From the NCBI RefSeq assembly GCF_009914755.1, contig NC_060927.1: DNA of 64,000 bases. One strand, written 5' to 3'. Below the pieces are notes generated by a model, which saw only the letters and a list, made by a program, of their open reading frames with translations, searched no databases and was not told the origin of the DNA. Source of the stretch: the human T2T-CHM13v2.0 reference genome, Homo sapiens. The position numbers and the translations under genes were made by a program. Shown here one piece after another: positions 54,415 through 64,000 of this stretch; the first letter of the stretch is position 1; each line of letters begins with the position of its first letter.

Positions 54415-54964
54415 GCAGAATTTTAAGATAATCCTCACAATTCCTGCTCTTTTTTTTGGGACACCTTGTATAATTTCCTGTGCTTGAGTATATGTGTGTG
54501 GGTGGGCGGGAGCTAACCTAATCAAGTGGACCTCTTAAAAGAGGGTCTAGATTTCAGAAAGCATAATCAGATAGAGATTTGAAGCTGCATTAAATGCTCT
54601 TTTGGTGACTTTGTATGAGAAAATTATCATGTTATATAGCGGTCCATGTGACAGACAACTGTGGGCGGTCTCTGAGATTTGAGAGTGACCTTCAGTGGAC
54701 AGCAAGAAAACAGGGTTTCCATCCTGTGGCTTCAAGGAAATAAATTCTGACAAAAGTCAGTGAGCTTGGAGGAGGATCTTGATCTCCAGATGAGAATGTG
54801 ACTTGGTTTGACACTTTGATTTTAGCCTTGTGAAAATGAGTCCAGAAAACCCAGCTACACAGTCTCTGGACTTCTGACCTACAGCCAATATGAGATAATA
54901 AAATATATATTTTTTAAACCACTAAATTTATGCCAATTTGATATGCATTGTTGGAAACCAATAT
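54415..54964 (+). mobile_element. MLT1E-like MaLR LTR
   Basis: 'cagcaagaaaacaggg..caaggaaataaattctg..ctccagatgagaa..gacttctgacctacag..aaaccactaaattt'. Confidence 0.8.
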
Positions 54965-55164
54965 GGTGATTACTTATAAGAACCAGAAAAAGACATATTA
55001 ATATCTCAAAGAGTTACCCTATGGTATTAATCAGTCTTTTTCACTAAATTTTAACTTTATTAAGAGTAGAGATTTTGTCTTGGTTGTCTTATTTTTTTCT
55101 AATTTACCATCTATAGCATTTTTAGGTTTAGGATTCAGTGGTAATAAATATATTTATAGCTGTT

Positions 55165-56520
55165 TTTAACTTCATCACCCCCTAGCCCCTGCACTTCCTG
55201 GTGTCTCAGAACCACCAATCATCCTGAAACCCACTTTTTTAGCATATGAATAAGAACCTGTGATATTTGTCTCTTGGTGCTTGGTTTATTTCAGTTAACA
55301 TAATGGCCTCCAGCTCCATCTATGTCACTGCTAATGACAGGATTTCATTGTTTTTTATATGGCTGAATAAATTCCATTGTGTATGCATACCACATTTTCC
55401 TTATTTATGCATCCATCAGTGGGCGCTCAGGTTGATTCTATATTTTGGTTATTGTGAGGAGTGCTGCAATAAGCATGAGAGTGCCGAGATCTCTTTGATG
55501 TACTGATTTCCTTTCTTTTGGATATATATCCAACTAGTGAATTGCTAGATCATATGGTAGTTCTATTTTTAGTTTTTTGAGTAACCTCTCAAAAGGTGGC
55601 TGTAGTACTAATTTGTACTTTTACCAACAATGTACAAGGGTTCCCTTTTCTGCACATCCTCACCAGTGTCTTGTTATTACATGTGTTTTACATATAGGTC
55701 CTTTAAACGAGTGAGATGATGTTGCATTATGGCTTTCATTTGTGTTTCTCTGATGATTAGTAATGTTGAGCATCTTTTGATATACTTATTGGCCATTTGT
55801 ATGCCTTCTTTTGAAAAATGTCTAGATCTTTGGCCCATTTTTTTAATTGAATTATTATTATTATTTTCTGAGTTGTTTGAGCTTCTCACATATTCTGATT
55901 ATTAATCTCTTGTCAAATGGATAGTTTGCACTTTTTTTTCCCCATTCTGTGGGTTTTCTCTACACTTTGTTGGTTGTTTGCTCTGCAAAATCTTTTTAGC
56001 TTGATATAATCACAATTGTCTATTCTTAGGTTCCCTATGCTTTTGTGGTCTTACACAAAAGATCTTTGCCCAGGCCAATGTCCTGGAGTGTTTCTCCAAC
56101 GGTTTCTTTTAGTAGATTCATAGTTTCAGGTCTTAGGTTTACGTCTTTATTCATTTTGATTTGATTTTTGTGTATGTCGAGAGACAGGGGTCTAGCTTTG
56201 TTCTGCACTTTATTTATCCAGTTTCCCCAGGACTACTCACTGAAGACTGTCATTTTCCCATTGTATGTCTAGTATCCTAGTCAAATATTAGTTGGTTCCA
56301 AATTCATGGATCTATATCTGGGTTCTCTATTCTGCTCCATCAGTCCATGTGTTTGCTGTTAAGAAAATATCATGCTGTTTTAGATACAGCTTTCTAGTAA
56401 ATTTTCAAGTCTGGTATGTAATAACTCCGGCTTTGTTCTTTTTTTCTCAAGATTGCTTTGGCTGTTTGAGGTCTTCCATGGTTTCATGTAAATTTTAGAA
56501 CATTAATTCTATTTTTGTGG
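55165..56520 (-). mobile_element. L1MA-like 3' portion
   Basis: Antisense L1 3'UTR and ORF2 ([26 protein letters not shown]). Confidence 0.9.
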
Positions 56521-59023
56521 ATTATCATGTATTCCTGCTATTAGTCTAATATCCTGACCAAAATAGGTCACATATTTTTGTTGGATGAATTAATGAATAA
56601 TATAAGCCAGTAGACATTATTATTTTAAGAAATTTATCTATGAAAGAGAGGAAGAAATACTTGGAAATGACTTCAGGAAATAGCAGGACTGATTGTAATA
56701 TGTTTTACCATAATGTGTATTTTAGGAAGTTTATAAATATAAGAAAAGGAGATTGAAGATAAATTAACATCCACTTAATATGATTCTGTCATCATATGAG
56801 ATATGGACAGTATACTAATTGCCACCTTTAATTTTGGAAAAAACACCTGAGGGAATGAGAAGATATATTTCTTAGAATCATTTATAGATAACACATAAAA
56901 TAAAGTCACTTTAACCTTTAACAGTACAAAGAAGCACACACAAATCCACATACACACAGAAAATGAATTAACTGAAAACTAGTGTCCCTGAAAAATTCTT
57001 ACATTTGAAATACAGTATGAGTGAACATGGGAGGCATTACAATCTAATGTTATATGGCAACAAAATCTAATACAATTTGAGACTTCATACAGAGAGCAAT
57101 CATATCAGGGAGATTGAAGGTAATAGTTCCTGTTTACTAAGTTCCAGTAAGAGCATTGAGAATGCATTGAACATTTAATCCTAGAGATCTCCAGACTGAA
57201 AAGAAAAAGAAAAAAAAAGAAATCCATCTGTTACAGAGAGGTGAGAGGACAGGTACTGGAAGTTGGGGTGTTAGAAGAGTTGAGGCATTTGGGCAAAATA
57301 AGAAAATAACTTGTAACATCTAATTGACCCAAATCATTCCGGAGTAGGTGAAATTTTCTTTAGTTCCATGGAGAGTGTAGTCACAGAAGACACTGAAGAA
57401 ATCACTAGAGCAGTGCTTCCCAAAGGTTACCTTGAAAACTATTTTTTCAGGAATCTGAATACACTCTGGAAAGCAGTTCAACCTTAAAATTTTTATCCCT
57501 GATGATTTTTTCCATCACTTTCGATTCTTCATCTTGCTAGTTAACATTTTTATCTTGCCTAGGAATTTGTCCTTTCTTTTCGTAAGAAACTGTAAGGTAT
57601 TTTGTATAAAAATTTATCCAAATATGGTTATTTTGTTATTATTAACAACAATAAACAGACTCACAATTTTTCAAATTTCATGACAGTTAAAGCATACATT
57701 CCTTGTTAACAGAAAAGCATGTATTAATTTGATTTAAGGAAGTAAAAAATGAACAGTATTGGTGCATGACACATTGCACGTATTTATGCATTTACTGTGT
57801 TTTAGGGATATTCAAAAGTATATGTTTACATTTTTAAAAATGCCAGAAGAGAGTTTCTTAATGCTTAAGTAATTCAGAATTCTAAAATAAATGCACTAAG
57901 TCATTGTTAGATTTGAATGCTCTTTGACTTGATTTTCACAGTCACAAATTTCTGAAACAGTATTTGTCCTATAGTTAGATTTCTTTATTTATTTCCTTTC
58001 CTTTGTATTTTTTTAAATAAAAAAAATTTTATTAAAATAACCCACAAATTCCACAAATTGAATGGGTCTTTTTTGAGGTGTTTTGTAAAATGCTTAAAAA
58101 TAATTCCTAAATTTTTTCAGTCATTTTCTTTATGCTGTTTTCATTTAATTGATGGTTTGTTTTATTTTTGTGTCTTTAATTAGTTCTTGATTTTGTCCTT
58201 CCTGAAAGAGGTAAGCCTGCTTAATAGGAGCTAGCCTTGGTGAGTCTCTTTCAGGTTTCCGTGTGATAGATGTTGTGCCTTACAGGCTGCTGATAGAGCA
58301 ATGTGTGCTGCATGACGATAACCTATGCAGCTCCTTCTCCTTACTTCCTTTACAGCACCACTCTTTGAAAGAAGAAACCATTCAAAGATGTTACCCACTT
58401 CCTTTGGACCTTTAGAGTGAGGAGTTGTTACCATTGTGTCTGAAGTGACTGATGTCAGAGAAGTGTAAGAAAGTGAATCACAATCTTTCAAGAGTACAAG
58501 GACTTACCTGCCAGAAGAGGGCTAAATGGTAACCCTCAAGTCCTCTTATTGGGTCAATTGTGTTTCTGCTAAACAACCAGTTAAAGGCTTTTTAAACTAC
58601 ATTTTGTTTACAATAACTTATTTTCTTTTAAGTCAGTTCATTTTTGTCAAAGGAGGTAAACAATATACCTGGGGGTCACTCCACAATGTATACTATTTAT
58701 ACCACTATGCTATTTACTTACACCAGTTGTAAAAATTGATAAATACAAAGGATTAAAGTTGGAATAAGTGAAGGCAATTGGCACTTAATGAGCCATCTCC
58801 TATTAAATTCATCTAACTGATTTCACAAGGCGTTTCAACCAATTGAAACCATACATATAAAAATGTTTTATTATTTTCTCCTAACTATTGACAGATGTAC
58901 TATCTCGAGTCTACTCTGCTGGTGAAAAATATTTCCTTGACAAAATTTTAGCCTGATTCCATTTTTAAAGGTAATTTAGACCTGAAATTCAATGCTGTCA
59001 ATTAAATTTTAATCTCATATTCG

Positions 59024-59327
59024 TTTTTTTTTTGTTGTTGTTTTTGACAGAGTCTCACTCTGTCCTCCAGGCTGGAGGTGCAACCTTTGCTCACTGCAAA
59101 CTCCACCTCCCAAGGTTCAAGTGATTCTTGGATTCTTGTGCCTCAGCCTCCTGAGTAGCTGGGATTACAGGCATGCACCACAATGTCCAGCTACTTTTGG
59201 GATTTTTAGTTGAGATGGGGTTTCGCCATGTTGGCCAGGCTGGTCTTGAACTCCTGATCTCAAGAGATACACTCACCTCAGCCTCCCAAAGTGCTGGGAT
59301 TATAGTCATGAGCCACCCTGCCTGGCC
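59024..59327 (-). mobile_element. AluS/J, full length
   Basis: Perfect 14-bp TSD TCATATTCGTTTTT. Confidence 0.96.
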
Positions 59328-60599
59328 ATCATATTCGTTTTTAAAAATAATAGGTGAGACATGGCTCTAGACTAAAGGCAAGAGTTGTCTATTCTCTTTC
59401 AATTTCTTCCATCTTCTTGGGGCTTATTCCTTGTGCAATAGTGAGAGGAGGGGAAAAATAAAAAAATCTCCTACACCACTAATCTTAGTGATTTGGTATC
59501 TTCAATGTTAGTATTAAATGCTTCTTAGTTTGTTGGTAACTGCAAAGCTGGAAAGACAGAGTTGTTGACCCTTCTTATTGACCCTAATGGTGATATACAT
59601 AGTTCATGGTTCAGTCTTTGGTGGATTGTGTTGTATGGACTAGCAGACCTTGTTGGCAGGCATCTCTCCAGGTCTTGGCAGTTCCTTTGGAGATGTGACT
59701 GCATCATCTGCTTGTTTCTCTTATAATGGCATCACATAAGATTCTTTGGAAGGATTTGATCTCCATCAATCCTGTAATCCTTGATCCCTACCATCTTCCA
59801 AGTTTCTAACTCAGAGGATAGTAGGCAGCAGTAGAGTCCATTTTCCTTACCTCATCAAGACAAGAGAATTAAGATTTGGAATTGTTCTCTTTTTGTCTGA
59901 TCACAGCAAACAGTCATTTTTTTTTCCCCTCCAGATTTCTTTTTTTCATACTAGGATAGGTTAACCCATTTTGCAAATGAACATATATCCAACTGGAGTG
60001 AGATGTTGATCCTAGCTTTGAAAGACAACCACACATTTCAGAAGGTTTTTTAACATTCTGTTTTACGGTTTACTTCCTTGGGTTTGGAAGGGAGAACCAG
60101 TTGTATACCATTCCCCATTTCCTTATCAAAGTGAGAAAATAGGAGTGTCTTATTTCATAGTAGTAGGAATTTATCAAAGTCCACTATTCACTCTTGAAAT
60201 ATAAAAATTTCTATTAAGTGTTATGACCATATCAAGAGATCTACTAAATATGCCCAAACTGAGCAACCTTCTCAACAGGAGGTTCAGGTTCATTGCAAGG
60301 TGTCTGCATCATTAATAAGTTGGTATGTATTCACAGATATCTAGCTGTGATATTTATTCAAACATCAGTAACCCAGAATAATAATTTCATCATTTAAAAA
60401 TTTATATGATTGTATGGATTTCTAGGTGATACTAGAGTTACTAGATTTCTAAAATAAATTTTCAGTCAACAAATGTATCATAAGATGCATTGTGAAAAAA
60501 ATTCAGCTAATATGAGAGAATATTAGGCACTAATATTCTGTAACTAATAGGGCAGTTACTGATTTCTTAGTGATATCTCTGCTGCTATTCTTGTTCCCT

Positions 60600-61400
60600 T
60601 AATAGACACATTTTAACAAAGCGGCCAGTGTAATTTTGAAAAACAACAAACAAACAAAAAACCTAAGAAACAAAAATCTCAACAACTTAAATTAAATCAG
60701 GCCCTCCAATGGCTTCCATCAGTCTGGAGTAAGTTCAAACACACTGAGAACCCTGTTAAGCTTTTCCAGAGTGACCAGGGCTGGGTTATGTTTTAGCATT
60801 ATCCCCTTCCATTATTTTTCTATTATATTTCTCCTCTAGCCACATTGGCTCTCCTCTGTCCCTGGAACATATTCCACAGATTCATTTCTCTAAATTTTAC
60901 CTTTGCTGTTTCTTCTTTTCAGAATATTCTTCACTTATCATTTTTCATAGTAGACTTTTTTCGCTTCAGGTGATGCTACAGGCTGAGTTGTGTTCTTCAA
61001 AAACTTACATTAGGATCCTTAATCTACTATGTGACTATATTTGGTGATACATTGATTAGGTAGTAAAGTTAAATGCATTTGTAAGGGAGGGGGGAACGTT
61101 CTACAAGACTTTGGGTCTTATAAGAAGAGGAAGAGAGAGAGCAAGTGTGTGCTGAGGACAAAGTACAAAATACCTTGCACAAAGCAAGATGGTAGCTGCT
61201 TACAAGCCAGAAGAAGAGGCCTCAGAATGAATCCTACATGCTGGCACCTTGATCTTACACTTCCTAACCTCCAAAATGATCAGAAATAAATTTCTGTGTT
61301 TAAGACACTTGCTTTATAATATTTTGTTATAGCAACCTGAGCAGACTAAGACAGGTGGCGACTAAAATGGCACCCCCTTAGATAGAACTTTCTTGGCTGC
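60600..61400 (+). mobile_element. L2a fragment interrupted by MLT1B
   Basis: 'gccctccaatggcttcc..ctctagccacattgg..ccctggaaca..tttgctgtttc'; resumes after the LTR. Confidence 0.6.
60974..61353 (+). mobile_element. MLT1B-like LTR
   Basis: TGCTAC...GACTAAGACA; TSD GGTGA / GGTGG. Confidence 0.85.
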
Positions 61401-62998
61401 TCATAACCTCTAACTAGTCTGAAGATTAACATCAAATATGATTTATGACTTGATCTTTATTCTCAGCTTTCAAACTTATTCTCTCTTTTCTATTATTTTA
61501 TTCCCAATGCTTAACACTACTTCCCTTTTACTTTTTGACTATGGCTTGGACTTCTCAGATCCAACTAACTTTAGCCTGTACATAGTAATCACTTCCATTG
61601 ATCTAGCATAGTGCTTGGGGATGTCTTATCCCAGGGGGCCCTTCATGGAAACTATTCTTATCAGGTGTTTCTGCGGTCTCACGAGCAAGACTAAGATATC
61701 ACAGTATCTTAGTTAAATTTCGCTCCAAGAATTGTTGTGATTGCTATCACAGCAATGCCCCCTCCCCTGAAAAAAAAAAGTATAAATCCTTTAAAATCTG
61801 CCAAAATATCATATGTGCTTAAAATTAAATAATTAGGCTAAATAGAATATCTCTGGGATTATACTGGTCTTTTTTCTTTGTTGGAACATACCATAAAAAT
61901 GATTGGGATATAATGTGAACATTATATAATGTTTATTCAAATATCACAGAAAGTTAAAATTGCAATATACAAACCATATTATTAAACATAATTTTCTCCT
62001 ATTTTAAACTATAACTTTTTGTCTAAAATAACAAATTAACAAGAATAAATCTAAAACTATCTTTCCAAACAATTTCCCTATTAACTTGTGAAACTCCCTC
62101 CCCATCATATGTTTCACACAAACACACAGACACACAGACACACGCACACACACACACTCCTCTATACTAAGCTTGTTTATTTTTCTCAATGTGTGGAGGT
62201 ACAGTGCTTTTAAGATTATGCATATGTTCTCAATTATCCAACCTGGATATTTAATAAATGTTGTTACCTGAGATGGTAGATGGAGTTTCATCCCAAATGA
62301 CTCTCGCGTGTCATTTGGGATGAAACCAATAATAACCTACAAGAACACTAATAGTCATGGCATTGCAGAGATCACAGAACAGAAAGGCTTTCAGACCAAA
62401 TTTAGATATTGAATCCCATGATTTATTAAATCAATTTGAAGCACACATCAAATAACAGAATGGAAGAGATAGGGTAAATTAATATATTTAGGATATGATG
62501 CAAGTAGGGTAGAAATAATTAGTGAAAACACAAGTTACTTAATAATCTTATAGAATTTGTTTAGGTATATAATCACATGAAAAATGTGTAACACAGTATA
62601 TATGCTCTTTTATTACATATTTTTCTATAATAAATCATCTCTACCATTACATGTGAATTTACATAATAATGGTAATGTCTCTAGCATTGCATTGTAATAT
62701 TACTTTTGTAATTCCATATTATTAAAAAGTTAGCTATCAATGGCTATTTTTATTGTAAGACATATTGTATAGAAATTGCACAATTGTTAAATTCCCTTGG
62801 AGTCAATTTCCTGAAACATAACATTTGAATAAAGGGAAATGTGTCTTCTTGAGAATTTTGAAAAAATATTATATATTGTGTCAATGTACAGTTTCTATTG
62901 TCATCACTAGCATGGCTCTTGGGAATTACTTACCACAGAGTGGACATTCAGGGTTACTACTCTTAATAGGTTCTCCTCAAACCTCAACTGGTATAGGA

Positions 62999-63315
62999 TA
63001 TTTATTTATTTATTTATTTATTTATTTGTATTTCAGAGAATGGATCTTGCTCTGTCACCCAGGTGGAGTGCAGTGGCACAGTCATAACTCACTGGGGCTC
63101 CTAGGCTCAAACCATTTGCCAAACTCAGACTCTAAAGTAGCTGGGATGACAGGTGCACACCACCAAGCCTAGAAAATTTTTTATTTTTTAATTTTTTGTA
63201 GGAAACGTCTCACTGTATTGCCCAGGATGATCTGGAACTCCTAGCTGCAAGGAATCTTTCCTCCTCGGCCTCCTTAACTGCTGAGATTACAGGCATAAGC
63301 CACTGTGCCTGGCTG
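62999..63315 (-). mobile_element. AluJ with (TAAA)n tail
   Basis: (TTTA)n followed by a diverged antisense Alu. Confidence 0.92.
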
Positions 63316-63373
63316 GATTTTACTTTAATTTGCAAGTCTTCATAGACATTATTTTAAATTTGATGTAGACAGT

Positions 63374-63551
63374 TAACATTTTTAGCAAAGTCTCAGGATA
63401 CAAAGTCAACCTGCAAAAATCACTAGCACTCCAATACACAAACAACAGTCAAGCTGATGGCCAAATCTCGAACAAATTCGCATAGGCAATTGCCACAAAA
63501 AGAATAACATACCTAAGGATACAGCTAACCAGGGAGGTGAAAGGTCTCTAC
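63374..63551 (+). mobile_element. L1PA ORF2 internal fragment
   Basis: 'agcaaagtctcaggatacaaagtcaa..gccacaaaaagaataacatacctaagg..agggaggtgaaaggtctctac'. Confidence 0.85.
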
Positions 63552-63557
63552 CATCAC

Positions 63558-63802
63558 TTAAGGTGTGGGTTCCTTATAAAGCGGGCATTTTGGTCCCCAT
63601 TCACTTTTCCTCTCTTTCTGTCTTTTGTTTTCCTGCCCTTCTGTCTTCTGCCAAGGGATAACAGCAAGAAGCCCCTCACCAAATGCTAGCCCCTCAATCT
63701 TTGTCTTGCTAGCCTCCAGAACTGTGAGAAACACATTTCTGTTCATCATAAATTACTCAGTCTCAGGTATCCTGTTAGAGCAGCATAGAATGAACTAAGA
63801 CA
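63558..63802 (+). mobile_element. MST-family MaLR LTR, 5'-truncated
   Basis: 'cagcaagaagcccctcacca..cctccagaactgtgag..ataaattactcagtctcaggtat..aactaagaca'. Confidence 0.85.
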
Positions 63803-64000
63803 GCCTGGCATGAGAGGTCAAAGTCCAAGCAGGGTGAGGAGACAGTCCTTGTAGTGACAACAACATGGAGAATGTAACCTCAAACAGTTTTCAAAGAGCA
63901 TCCATACAGAGTGATAATTGGCATAGGATATCTGCGCCCCAACGTAGTGAAAAGTGTATCCACATGGGGAAGGAGGTGATAATGAAAATGGGGCATTTGT

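Overview
AT-rich, CpG-poor primate genomic DNA, most likely human or great ape given AluY, L1PA, THE1 and MER52 elements. It has the texture of an intergenic region or large intron. I see no credible protein-coding gene, RNA gene, CpG island or CRISPR-like array, and the ORF track is explained by Alu, L1 and LTR sequence or chance. Roughly half of the window is recognisable transposon fossil: about a dozen Alus, L1/L2/MIR fragments, MaLR LTRs (MLT1, THE1, MST), MLT2, ERV1 solo LTRs (MER39-like, two MER52-like) and DNA transposons (MER1A, MER30, MER81-like, MADE1). The most structured object is a minus-strand ERVL-class proviral fossil (~46.4-49.5 kb) with a 5' LTR, a degenerate PBS, a protease DTGS motif and RT motifs. 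Other points of note are several perfect short inverted repeats that look like template-switch scars (some at TE termini), a symmetric miR-548-like MADE1 hairpin, an AP-1 site cluster and one well-formed 51-nt candidate exon. I did not find convincing evidence of a novel biological system. Subfamily names come from recalled consensus sequences and need RepeatMasker/Dfam confirmation.
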